In this document: in pieces, positions 27,822 to 36,727 of the stretch
Layout of the letters: the number at the start of each line of letters is the position of its first letter
Position numbering within the stretch: the stretch's first letter is position 1
Assembly: GCA_039030315.1 (NCBI GenBank)
Contig: JBCCEL010000002.1
Span: 1-49,111, forward strand
Reading direction: 5' to 3'
Length of the DNA: 49,111 nt
Source of the DNA: Pseudomonadota bacterium
GTDB taxonomy: Bacteria > Pseudomonadota > Alphaproteobacteria > Rhizobiales > CAJQND01
The notes under the pieces: model-generated
Told to the model about the DNA's origin: nothing
Seen by the model: only the letters and a program-made list of their open reading frames with translations
Databases searched by the model: none
Translations under genes and position numbers: made by a program

Positions 27822-29423
27822 TCAGAGTGCAAGCGATGCGCGGATTTCCGGATCTCGGACTTCGATGAACGACGGTCCGTTCGCCTCCAGTGCCGCGCCG
27901 ATAGCGGCGCTCAGGTCATCCAGGGTCAGACTGTGGGCCGTCGCCCAGCCGAAAGCCTTCGCCAGCATCTGAAAATCCGGATTTTTCTGAACAACGCCGA
28001 TGTTGGCGATGTCGGCATCGGTCATGTCGTCAGCGATCTGCTGCAGGGCATCATTGTTCCACATGATAAGGATCACGGGCAGTCTGAGCTCCGCCGCGAG
28101 CGCCATTTCCTGCATGGTGTACTGGTAGCCGGCATCTCCCACCAGGGCGACAACAGCCCGGTCCGGCTCGGCCAGCTTCGCCCCCATGGCGGCGGGCAGG
28201 CCGTAGCCGAGTGTTCCATAACCGATGGGATGGAACCAGTTTCCGAACATGGCGCTGGGATAATAGGCGTTTCCGGAATAGGCGATCTGGGTCATGTCCG
28301 TGAAGATGGACGCGTTCTCGGGCAGCGCGTCGCGGATGGCATCGAGCACGGCGCGGTGTGTTTTCTGCTTGTCCGTCAGCCCGCTAGCGGCAATGTCGCT
28401 GCGCGCCTTGTCGCAATCTGCCTGGATCGGGTTCTCGGGCCGCCGCGCCGCCGCCTTGCCGAGCGCCCTGGCCGTTGCGGCCGCATCGGCCTCGATACAG
28501 CAGCATTCCGGGCCCATGCGGTCGAGCAGATCGCCGTCAAGGTTCACGACTATTTTCCGGGCCGGGAGCTGCAGATTCTCGCGCCAGTAGTCGGTCTTCG
28601 AGAGTTCGGTCCCGACGGCAATCAGCAGATCGCAAGAGGCGATGAGATCCTGCGTCGGCGTGGCGGTCAGCGTGGATCCGAGGCTGAGCGGATGGTCAAG
28701 AGGCAGGGTTCCCTTGCCGTTAGTCGTCGTCACAGCCGGAATATTGAGCCCCTCAACCAGAGCCAGGGCGGCCTCTCTGGATCTGGCAATTCCGCCCCCG
28801 AGAATGATGATCGGGCGCTCGGCCTCATCAATCATCCGGGCGGCCTCTTCGATACCCGCCGCTGCCGGTTCAGGCGGGCCGGGCAGGTTGCGCACCGACC
28901 AGTTGCCGGACGCTTCCTCGGTGAAGAGCGGGAGCGGCACATGGATATGGGCTGGAAGAGGACGTTCGCTTGCAAACACCGTGAACGCGTCGTGCACCAG
29001 ATCGCGCAAGGTCTCCTGATCTGCAGCAACCTTGCTGAAGGCCGCCAGATCCTGCGTGACCGATGTCTGATCCTTGATCTCGTGCAGGCGGCCGACATTG
29101 TCGCCGGATGAGTCCGCCGGATTGACCGGCGAGATCACCAGCATGGGCGTGGAATCCGAATAGGCCTGGCCCATGGGCGTGGAGAGGTTTGTCACTCCCG
29201 GACCGGTGATCACGAAGCAGGCCGCCGGGCGGCCGCTCAACCTGGCATAGCCGTCGGCCATGAAGCCACCGCCCTGTTCGTGGCGGGGCGAGATATGGCG
29301 GATTTTGCTGTTCTCCAGTCCGCGGTAGAGTTCGATGGAATGGGTGCCCGGAATGCCGAACACCGTGTCGATACCGTAATCCTCAAGCAGCCCGACCAGT
29401 GCTTCGCCAACCGTCTTCGCCAT
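27822..29423 (-). CDS. thiamine-diphosphate enzyme, acetolactate-synthase-like; best guess 5-guanidino-2-oxopentanoate decarboxylase (AruI-like)
   Basis: N-terminus TVGEALVGLLEDYGIDTVFGIPGTHSIELY...PRHEQGGGFMADGYAR. ThDP-binding GDAGYQYT...NN motif. The ORF extends to 29441. Confidence 0.8.
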   Translation of the reverse strand: MAKTVGEALVGLLEDYGIDTVFGIPGTHSIELYRGLENSKIRHISPRHEQGGGFMADGYARLSGRPAACFVITGPGVTNLSTPMGQAYSDSTPMLVISPVNPADSSGDNVGRLHEIKDQTSVTQDLAAFSKVAADQETLRDLVHDAFTVFASERPLPAHIHVPLPLFTEEASGNWSVRNLPGPPEPAAAGIEEAARMIDEAERPIIILGGGIARSREAALALVEGLNIPAVTTTNGKGTLPLDHPLSLGSTLTATPTQDLIASCDLLIAVGTELSKTDYWRENLQLPARKIVVNLDGDLLDRMGPECCCIEADAAATARALGKAAARRPENPIQADCDKARSDIAASGLTDKQKTHRAVLDAIRDALPENASIFTDMTQIAYSGNAYYPSAMFGNWFHPIGYGTLGYGLPAAMGAKLAEPDRAVVALVGDAGYQYTMQEMALAAELRLPVILIMWNNDALQQIADDMTDADIANIGVVQKNPDFQMLAKAFGWATAHSLTLDDLSAAIGAALEANGPSFIEVRDPEIRASLAL

Positions 29424-29582
29424 CACATGTCGCTCCATCATTACCCGCAGGCGGGCATAGAACCGAAAGTGTCTGAGCGGGTAAAGCGTAATCGAAGCAG
29501 ATCGGCGATCTTATTGTTGACAGAGCACGTCCAGAAGGCTTCATCCTCGCGGCCTTTGAAGCCCCAGGGAGGCGGGACAGGC

Positions 29583-30767
29583 ATGACGTCACTTAAGTTC
29601 ACCAGCTTGGCCGATCGTGTCAGCGGCAAGGGCGCGGACGCCTGGGAAGTGCATCGCATCGCACAGGAAAGGATTCGCAGCGGCGAGGATGTCCTCATCC
29701 TGAGTATCGGCGAAGATGTCGGCGCACGAACGCCGGACCACATTGTCGACGCCTGTGTGGAAAGCGTCCGCGGCGGCCGCCATCACTATGCCGAGATGGT
29801 CGGGGAACGCAGGCTGCGCGAAGCGATCGCCGCCCATCACACCGCGCTCACCGGACAGGATCTCTCAAGCGCCAATTGCGTGGCCTTTGCCGGCGCGCAA
29901 AACGCCTTGTTCGCGGCCTCCGCCTGCCTGCTTGAGGCCGGCGACGAGGTGATCGTGATTGAGCCGTACTACTCCACCTATCCCGCCACCTTCACCGCCG
30001 GCGGGGCGACCATGATCACGCTGCCGGCACGCGCCGAGAACGGTTTTCTGCCGACCATCGATGAGATCGAAGCCGCCGTGACGGCGAAGACGAAGGCCGT
30101 TGTCCTGAACTCACCGAACAATCCCTCCGGTGCCATTATCGGGGATGAGCTGGTCCGGGAAATCATCGATCTTGTGCGCACGCACGATCTCTGGCTGATC
30201 AGCGACGAGGTCTATTCCGACTTCGTGTTCGAGGGCCGGCACGTCAGCCCGGCCGCTCACATGGGGGTGGAGGAGAAATGCGTCATCGTCTCCAGCCTCT
30301 CCAAGTCGCACCGCATGGCCGGGTGGCGGGTCGGCTGGGCGATCGGGCCCCGTCAGCTCTGCGAAACCTTCGAGCGGCTTGCACTGTGCATGATGTACGG
30401 GATGCCGATGTTCACCCAGGACGCGGCGACCGCGGCGCTGACTGGGCCGCAGGATGAGACCCGCAGCATGGTGGCCGACTACGGGCGGCGTGCCAGGCTT
30501 GCCGAAGACGCCCTGTCCGACCTGTCCCGCCTCAGGGTCAATTCGCCCAAGGCCGGAATGTTCATGATGCTGGATGTGCGTGACCTGACGCCTGACTCCA
30601 TCCAGTTTTCCATGAAACTGCTGGAGCGGTCCGGCATTTCCACCCTGCCCTGCGCCAGCTTCGGCGACAGCGTGCAGGGCTTCGTGCGCATGAGCCTGTG
30701 CACGACGGAGGAAAAGCTGGCCTGGGCCTGCAGCGAAATCGCCGAGCTCGCGCGAAACTGGGATTAG
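29583..30767 (+). CDS. class I/II pyridoxal-phosphate aminotransferase (AruH-like arginine:pyruvate transaminase candidate)
   Basis: MTSLKF... preceded by GGGAGG. Motifs NSPNNPSG and SLSKSHRMAGWRVGW (PLP lysine). The ORF from 29280 is a 5' extension antisense to the divergent gene. Confidence 0.8.
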   Translation: MTSLKFTSLADRVSGKGADAWEVHRIAQERIRSGEDVLILSIGEDVGARTPDHIVDACVESVRGGRHHYAEMVGERRLREAIAAHHTALTGQDLSSANCVAFAGAQNALFAASACLLEAGDEVIVIEPYYSTYPATFTAGGATMITLPARAENGFLPTIDEIEAAVTAKTKAVVLNSPNNPSGAIIGDELVREIIDLVRTHDLWLISDEVYSDFVFEGRHVSPAAHMGVEEKCVIVSSLSKSHRMAGWRVGWAIGPRQLCETFERLALCMMYGMPMFTQDAATAALTGPQDETRSMVADYGRRARLAEDALSDLSRLRVNSPKAGMFMMLDVRDLTPDSIQFSMKLLERSGISTLPCASFGDSVQGFVRMSLCTTEEKLAWACSEIAELARNWD

Positions 30768-31639
30768 AGACCGTAGCGCGACCACACTGCGCGGGCTTCC
30801 AGGGACGATACAAGATCGTCGGCCAGGCCGGAACGCAGGCCATTCAGGTCGGGAATGCCGCCATGACGCTCTTCCGTGCCGCCGGGGATCATCCGGGAGA
30901 GCAGCCCCTTGCGCGGACCGCTGATGGTCTTGAGCATCACCTCGTCGCCAAACTTCTCGCGCAGGACGGTGTGCATGTTGCCAAGACCGTCGACCAGGCC
31001 AAGGTCGCGCGCCTTGACGCCGGACCAGAAGGCGCCGGAGAACAGATCCTTGTCGCTCTCCTCCAGCTTCGCACCGCGCCGTTCGCGCACCATATCCTTG
31101 AAGTGGTCGTGCACTTCGAGCTGCATCTGTTTCAAGCGGTCCACATCAGCCTTTTTCTCCGGCGTGAAGGGATCCAGAATCGACTTGTTCTCACCGGCGG
31201 TGTGGACCCGGCGCTCAATGCCGAGCTTCTTGATGGCGTCCACGAAGCCGAAGCCTGACGAGACAACGCCGATGGAGCCGATGATGGAGCTTGGATCGGC
31301 GTAGATCTCATCACCGGCAATCGCCAGCATGTAGCCTCCGGATGCGGCCACGTCTTCGGTGAACACGAGAACCTGCTTTTTCTCGCTGGCGGCGAGCTGG
31401 CGGATGCGGTGGTAGATCAACGCCGACTGGACAGGCGAGCCGCCCGGCGAATTGACAGAGACCGCCACCGCCCTGGCCTTGCCGAATGAGAAGGCCTTTT
31501 CCAGGACCGGATTGATCTGCTGCAGGGTCAGGCCGGGCCGCAGGGGCGTCACCGCACCAATTGTCCCGTGCAGACGCACCACCGGGACAACGGGCTTGCG
31601 GTGTCGCCAGAACAGGAGCTTTGAGGATTTCTTTGCCAT
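30764..31639 (-). CDS. S49 family peptidase (SppA/SohB-like)
   Basis: Motifs SVNSPGGSPVQS and DVAASGGYMLAIAGDEIYADPSSIIGSIGV. Likely start MAKKSSKLLFW at 31639. Confidence 0.8.
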   Translation of the reverse strand: MAKKSSKLLFWRHRKPVVPVVRLHGTIGAVTPLRPGLTLQQINPVLEKAFSFGKARAVAVSVNSPGGSPVQSALIYHRIRQLAASEKKQVLVFTEDVAASGGYMLAIAGDEIYADPSSIIGSIGVVSSGFGFVDAIKKLGIERRVHTAGENKSILDPFTPEKKADVDRLKQMQLEVHDHFKDMVRERRGAKLEESDKDLFSGAFWSGVKARDLGLVDGLGNMHTVLREKFGDEVMLKTISGPRKGLLSRMIPGGTEERHGGIPDLNGLRSGLADDLVSSLEARAVWSRYGL

Positions 31640-31702
31640 GGGGCCGCAGAGATAAGAACCGCGCACAACAAACGCAAGCGCTGTGTTGCTGGCGCGGGAT
31701 TC

Positions 31703-32518
31703 CTACCTCAGGGCGTAGGCTGCACCGTCCCGGAGAATCGCCGAGGCGGGCGCGGTGAATGCATTCGTCTGATCATGCAGGACAAGTCCGCGCAACACCT
31801 GCATCGGCGCCTTCGATCCCTTGATTCCCTGAACCACAACCCGCGACGCCGGATAGCCCTCGCGCGCGTAAAGCGGGGCAACATGCACCGCACCGATCTT
31901 TGCTGCCGCGAATGCCGAAAGCAGGCGGCCCAGGGAATCGGCCCGATGAACGACGGTTACCGACCCCTTGTTCACGGCAAGGGCCGCCATCACCTTGACC
32001 CAGACCTCCAGATCGTCCGGCCCGAACGTACGGGCGGAATCTCTCAAGGAAACCGGCGATTTTCTCACCTTGTCCTCGTCGAAGAATGGAGGATTGGCAA
32101 AAACGTGATTGAACGATTCGGCCGGCGGCCACTGGGTCAGATCCTTGCGCGTCGCCTCCTTGACATCCCCGGTGATGACCTGGATGTTGCCGCCGAAACC
32201 GTTGCGCTTGATGTTCTCTTCAGCAACGATCGAATAGCGCGACACGATCTCCACACCGGTGATGTGAACGTTAGCAACGCGCGCTGCCACGCAGAGGGAG
32301 ACAACGCCGACACCGCAGCCCGCCTCCAGCGCCGTCTGGCCCGGCTCCATCGGGATTGTGGCTGCAAGAAACACGGCATCAATGCCCGCCCGGTAGCCCT
32401 TCTCGGGCTGCAGAACCTTCACGCGACCGCCAAGGAATGCATCATCCGTAAGGGAAGATGGCAGTTCGGGTCCTGACTGATCCTGCTTGAGGACCGCCGC
32501 CTGCTGCCCGGTCAGCAC
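31703..32518 (-). CDS. SAM-dependent N6-adenine methyltransferase (tRNA1(Val) m6A37 methyltransferase-like)
   Basis: SAM motif LEAGCGVG and catalytic NPPFF. Begins ...DAFLGGRVKVLQPEKGYRAGIDAV. Confidence 0.75.
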   Translation of the reverse strand: MLTGQQAAVLKQDQSGPELPSSLTDDAFLGGRVKVLQPEKGYRAGIDAVFLAATIPMEPGQTALEAGCGVGVVSLCVAARVANVHITGVEIVSRYSIVAEENIKRNGFGGNIQVITGDVKEATRKDLTQWPPAESFNHVFANPPFFDEDKVRKSPVSLRDSARTFGPDDLEVWVKVMAALAVNKGSVTVVHRADSLGRLLSAFAAAKIGAVHVAPLYAREGYPASRVVVQGIKGSKAPMQVLRGLVLHDQTNAFTAPASAILRDGAAYALR

Positions 32519-32724
32519 GGCATTATCCCTGCGTCTGTCATCAGCGCACTCGCATCGTCGAATCGCTCCGTCTCCACCATCAGACGCCTGGGAAGAACAC
32601 CGATACTGCCTTCAACAACGCTCATGTTGCCGTCGAATATCGTGTGCCCGATCCCGGCGTCCCGCAGAAGTGCGGTGGCATAGGAGATCAGAACCGCATC
32701 GTTCGTGTTGAGCAATTCTTTCAT
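32512..32724 (-). CDS. DUF2007-like small protein (putative signal-transducing protein fold)
   Basis: 70 aa: MKELLNTNDAVLISYATALLRDAGI...LPRRLMV. The 7-nt overlap with the downstream methyltransferase suggests coupling. Confidence 0.6.
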   Translation of the reverse strand: MKELLNTNDAVLISYATALLRDAGIGHTIFDGNMSVVEGSIGVLPRRLMVETERFDDASALMTDAGIMPC

Positions 32725-32812
32725 AGGAAAACCCTAACACCAAGAGCTGGTGATCAACGCCTTGGAATGGTTGAACAAACTGAGGCAGATGGCCACTGCG
32801 CGATTCGCCCGC

Positions 32813-32841
32813 TTGAACCATATCATCGCGATGTCTATTTT
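32813..32841 (+). promoter_or_regulatory. candidate sigma-70 promoter for ispB
   Basis: TTGAAC (32813-32818), 16-17 nt spacer, then CTATTT/TATTTT (32835-32841). About 55 nt upstream of GTG 32894. Confidence 0.3.
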
Positions 32842-32893
32842 GAGAATGACATGTCTGGGGCGAGTGCCCACATTTCAGTTACGAGGTGTTTTC

Positions 32894-33913
32894 GTGGGTG
32901 TTGTTGTTCCCCTCACCGGTGCCGGAGACCGGCAAGCCAGTATTCAGCCGCTGCTGGACCTGACCCAGGATGATATGGGCCGTGTGAACGAGGAGATCCT
33001 CTCGCATGCCTCATCCTATGTCGACATGATTCCGGAACTGGCCAATCACCTGATCAATTCCGGCGGCAAGCGCCTCCGTCCCATGGTGACCGTCGCCGCG
33101 AGCCGCATGTGCGGCCCTTGCGAGGGCGATGCCCATGTGCTTCTCGCCGCAGCCGTCGAGTTCATGCACACCGCAACACTACTGCACGACGACGTGGTGG
33201 ATGAGAGCGACCTGCGCCGCGGCAAGCCGGCCGCCCGGATGATCTGGGGCAACCAGGCGAGCGTTCTGGTCGGCGACTATCTGCTGGGTCAGGCTTTCAA
33301 GATGATGGTGCGGACAGGCTCGCTGGAATGCCTGCGCATCCTGTCCAATGCGGCTTCCGTGATCGCCGAAGGCGAAGTCATGCAGCTCGCCGCGCAAAAG
33401 GACATCACGACGACCGAAGACGCCTACATGAAGATCATCGACGCCAAGACGGCGGCGCTGTTCTCAGCGGCCGCGGAGGTCGGCGCCGCAATCGCCGAGC
33501 GGCCGTCGGAAGAACAGGCGGCATTGGAATCCTTCGGCCGCAATCTCGGTGTCGCCTTCCAGCTGGTTGACGATGCGCTCGACTATTCCGGCAAGCAGGC
33601 GCTTTTGGGCAAGGAGCTCGGAGACGACTTCCGGGAAGGCAAGATCACCCTGCCGATCATCCTCTCCTACCGCCGCGGAACGGATCAAGAGCGAGAGTTT
33701 TGGAAGACCAAGCTGCAGGACGGCGAGCAGGATGACGGCGATCTGGACCGGGCCATGTCCCTGATCGAGACCTATGGCGCCATCGAGGATACGGTCGAGC
33801 GTGCCCGCCACTACGGGGCGATCGCGCGCGATGCGCTCGCAATTTTTCCTGACAGCGAGCTCAAGTCTGCAATGATCGATGCAGTGGATTTTTCCATCCA
33901 GCGCGCGTTCTGA
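32894..33913 (+). CDS. ispB: polyprenyl (octaprenyl) diphosphate synthase
   Basis: GTG 32894 preceded by GAGGTG. Motifs DDVVDESDLRRG (first DDxxD) and DDALDY (second). About 339 aa. Confidence 0.85.
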   Translation: MGVVVPLTGAGDRQASIQPLLDLTQDDMGRVNEEILSHASSYVDMIPELANHLINSGGKRLRPMVTVAASRMCGPCEGDAHVLLAAAVEFMHTATLLHDDVVDESDLRRGKPAARMIWGNQASVLVGDYLLGQAFKMMVRTGSLECLRILSNAASVIAEGEVMQLAAQKDITTTEDAYMKIIDAKTAALFSAAAEVGAAIAERPSEEQAALESFGRNLGVAFQLVDDALDYSGKQALLGKELGDDFREGKITLPIILSYRRGTDQEREFWKTKLQDGEQDDGDLDRAMSLIETYGAIEDTVERARHYGAIARDALAIFPDSELKSAMIDAVDFSIQRAF

Positions 33914-33943
33914 AGAGAGCCCCGGCGACTTTCCCGGCGCATG

Positions 33944-34813
33944 CTACCTCAGTGTCGTCGCCACCGACCACCAGGCCGGTTGTGTAGCGGCGATAACGTC
34001 GGCTGCCCGATCGGCATCGTGGCGGGTGGCGAACAGGCCGAAGCAGGTGGCGCCGGATCCTGACATCCTTGCGAGCCTGCAACCCTTCTGAGCGGCAATC
34101 AGCGCCAGGACATCCGTCAACGCCGGCACAAGTTCGACCGCCGGGGGCTGCAGATCGTTCCGCCGCTCCGCCAGCCATCCGCACAGAGCATCGACAGTGT
34201 CAAATCCCCCCTGCGGAGGGGCGCCAATTCCCTCAAAGGCCGATTCTCCGGCTTGCAGATTGAGCGCCTGGAAGACCGGCCCCGTGGGAACCGGCACTCC
34301 CGGATTGACAAGTACAGCCGGCAGATCAGGAAGAGGCGGCAGTTCCTCGATCTCTTCCCCGATACCGCGCATTCGCAAGAACTTTGAGACGAGGCAGGCC
34401 GGCACATCCGCCCCGAGGCGAAGCGCGAGCGCATCAAGTTCCTCTTTGGCTGGGCGGGTGGCATCCGGCAAGGCCAGAAAACCCCGCAGAGCAGCGGCCG
34501 CGTTTGCCGAACCTCCGCCGATTCCGCCGGCGACCGGCAGGCGCTTCAGCAGATCGACGGTGGCGGCCGGAGCACTCGCACCCAGGCCTTTGGCAGCCCT
34601 GGTGATCAAATTGTCGCTTTGTCCACTGAGCGCCGATGCGTAGGGGCCTGAAATGTTGAGCGAAGGGCTGACAGCGGTGCGGATCGAAAGCTCATCGCCA
34701 ATGCCGGCAAAGGCGACGAGGCTGTCCAGCAGGTGATAACCATCCTCCCTGCGCCCGGTAATGTGCAGGCACAGATTGACCTTCGCCGGGGCAAACTCGC
34801 AAACAGCGGACAT
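33944..34813 (-). CDS. ispE: 4-(cytidine 5'-diphospho)-2-C-methyl-D-erythritol kinase
   Basis: 289 aa. N-terminus APAKVNLCLHITGRREDGYHLLDS and GHMP-kinase motif PVAGGIGGGSANAAA. Confidence 0.9.
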   Translation of the reverse strand: MSAVCEFAPAKVNLCLHITGRREDGYHLLDSLVAFAGIGDELSIRTAVSPSLNISGPYASALSGQSDNLITRAAKGLGASAPAATVDLLKRLPVAGGIGGGSANAAAALRGFLALPDATRPAKEELDALALRLGADVPACLVSKFLRMRGIGEEIEELPPLPDLPAVLVNPGVPVPTGPVFQALNLQAGESAFEGIGAPPQGGFDTVDALCGWLAERRNDLQPPAVELVPALTDVLALIAAQKGCRLARMSGSGATCFGLFATRHDADRAADVIAATQPAWWSVATTLR

Positions 34814-34852
34814 GGTGGAGGCAGCTGGCCCGAGAACAGCGAACGTGCCCGG

Positions 34853-36583
34853 TCAGGTCTTGTCGTCCTTCTGCTCCTGCTTCACTTCGGCCGGCACAAC
34901 GGCGTCCGGCTCAAGGCCGGATTCCAGTTTCTTCTGGATCTTTTTCAGAACATCCAGCTCAGGTTTGTTGTCTTTGGCATGGAGCCATTGAAAGCGCGCC
35001 TCGAGCTTTCTGCCCACCCGCCAGTAGGCGTCGCCGAGATGGTCATTGATCACCGGGTCCTGGGGCTTCAGCTCGACGGCCCGCTCAAGGTTCTTCACGG
35101 CGTCCTCGTAGTTCTTAAGCTTGTAGTGCGCCCAGCCGAGACTGTCGACGATGTAGCCGTCATTCGGGCGCAACTCAACGGCCCGCTCGATCATCCCAAG
35201 CGCCTTGCGCAAATGGGCGCCCTGCTCGATCCAGCTGTATCCGAGATAGTTCAGAACGAGAGGTTGTTCGGGCCGCAGCTCAAGCGCCTTCTTGAAATCG
35301 GTCTCCGCAAGCGGCCATTGCTTGGTACGCTCGTAGGCAATGCCCCTGAAGTAGAACAGGGTCCAATGCTTGTTCTCGACCTTGCCGACATTGGCGATTG
35401 CCCGGCTATAATTCGGGATTGCTTCGGCAAACTTCTCGTGACCCCGCTGCAGGTTTCCAAGCGTCAGCGGAGGCAGATGATCGTCCTTGCGCAGCTCGAT
35501 CTGTTTCTTCAGCCGGGCCTCGGCAATTCCGGGCTCGCCGGTCCTGTCGTAATTCACGGCAATGCGGATCTCCGCGTAGGGCCGCAAAGGCGACGAAACC
35601 GGAACCGCCTCGTAGGCCTTGATCGCGTTCTTATGCCGCTTGGTTTCCTGGTAAACATCACCCAGCAGTGTCCGCAAAAGCGCAAATCTCGGCCGGATGC
35701 TCACTGAGAGCTGGGCGTAGAGCAGCGCCAAATCGAACCCCGACTGATCGGTCAGGGCAGAGGCCAGCCCGAACAAGGATTCGGCGGCACCTTGACTGGC
35801 GGTGCCAATAAACGGCGTTACCGGCCGCCCTGCCTCAATACGCGTAATCTCCGCTTCGACGAGCGGATGTCCCGTTGTCGTCGTCTGAAACTTGCGCAGG
35901 ATGTCCAGAGCCTTGCTCTGCTCGCCATGACGCTCCAGGAAGTTTGCATAGGCCTGCGCCACGCGCAGCGAACCGCCGGCGTTGTCGTAAGTGCGCTCAT
36001 AAAAGCTCCGCGCCCGCTCGGGGACGTTCAGGAAATCCGCGATCAGGGCGGAATGGAACGCCTGGTAGACCGCGAAGGACTCCGTGCTCTCAAGTTTGCG
36101 CAAGGCGAGAATCGCCCGGTCCAGATCGCCGCTCGCCGCCCAGCTCCAACCGGTGGCTAGGGCTGATGAAAGCTGGCCGATGGGCGTATAGGCCGAATGC
36201 GACAAATGCTCCCGCGATGCCTCCTGGTCACCCTCACGGAACGCCTTCAGCGCCAGGACCAGCCTCGCGATACGGTGCCGTTCGTCATTTGCGACGACTT
36301 TTGCAGCATGCTTCTCCGCCGTCGCAACAGCACCTTTGCCCAGCTCAAGCATGAGCGCCCGGGTTATGAGTTCAGGATTGGTCGGATCCTTCTCCAAAGC
36401 GTTGGCGATAAACCCGGCAGCAGCTTCGGTGTCGCGCGCCTTGCTTGCAAACACACCCGCCAGATAGTTTCCGGACAGCGACGTCGGCTGATTTCTGGAC
36501 GTCGAGGCAGCTTCCGCCGACACGATGGAAATCGGCAGCACGGAGGCGGCCAAGGCCAATTTCTTCAGCAGACTGAGCACCAT
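34853..36583 (-). CDS. tetratricopeptide-repeat exported protein
   Basis: Signal peptide MVLSLLKKLALAASVLPISIVSAEA, then multiple TPR-like repeats. ATG 36583 is preceded by AAGGAG. Lies upstream of ispE. Confidence 0.8.
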   Translation of the reverse strand: MVLSLLKKLALAASVLPISIVSAEAASTSRNQPTSLSGNYLAGVFASKARDTEAAAGFIANALEKDPTNPELITRALMLELGKGAVATAEKHAAKVVANDERHRIARLVLALKAFREGDQEASREHLSHSAYTPIGQLSSALATGWSWAASGDLDRAILALRKLESTESFAVYQAFHSALIADFLNVPERARSFYERTYDNAGGSLRVAQAYANFLERHGEQSKALDILRKFQTTTTGHPLVEAEITRIEAGRPVTPFIGTASQGAAESLFGLASALTDQSGFDLALLYAQLSVSIRPRFALLRTLLGDVYQETKRHKNAIKAYEAVPVSSPLRPYAEIRIAVNYDRTGEPGIAEARLKKQIELRKDDHLPPLTLGNLQRGHEKFAEAIPNYSRAIANVGKVENKHWTLFYFRGIAYERTKQWPLAETDFKKALELRPEQPLVLNYLGYSWIEQGAHLRKALGMIERAVELRPNDGYIVDSLGWAHYKLKNYEDAVKNLERAVELKPQDPVINDHLGDAYWRVGRKLEARFQWLHAKDNKPELDVLKKIQKKLESGLEPDAVVPAEVKQEQKDDKT

Positions 36584-36727
36584 GCCAACTCCTTGCAACT
36601 ACTGCAGTTCAGCCCACGGATCCGGCACAAGCCGGGGCAGAGCTGTGAACATTTCGTGATCAACGGTTTAGGCGTCATTGACTTCACTGACAACACACAT
36701 TTTTGAGGACGCGCCGGCTAGGCCAAC

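Noticed and set aside
27747-29111. 454-aa plus-strand ORF
   Set aside because: It is antisense to the ThDP enzyme gene, Arg/Gly-rich and low-complexity, and therefore a shadow ORF. The same reasoning applies to 13861-15183(+), 34733-35707(+), 21432-22178(+), 23741-24562(-), 9350-10207(-), 16897-17805(-), 7961-8665(-), 30111-30785(-) and 43061-43774(+).
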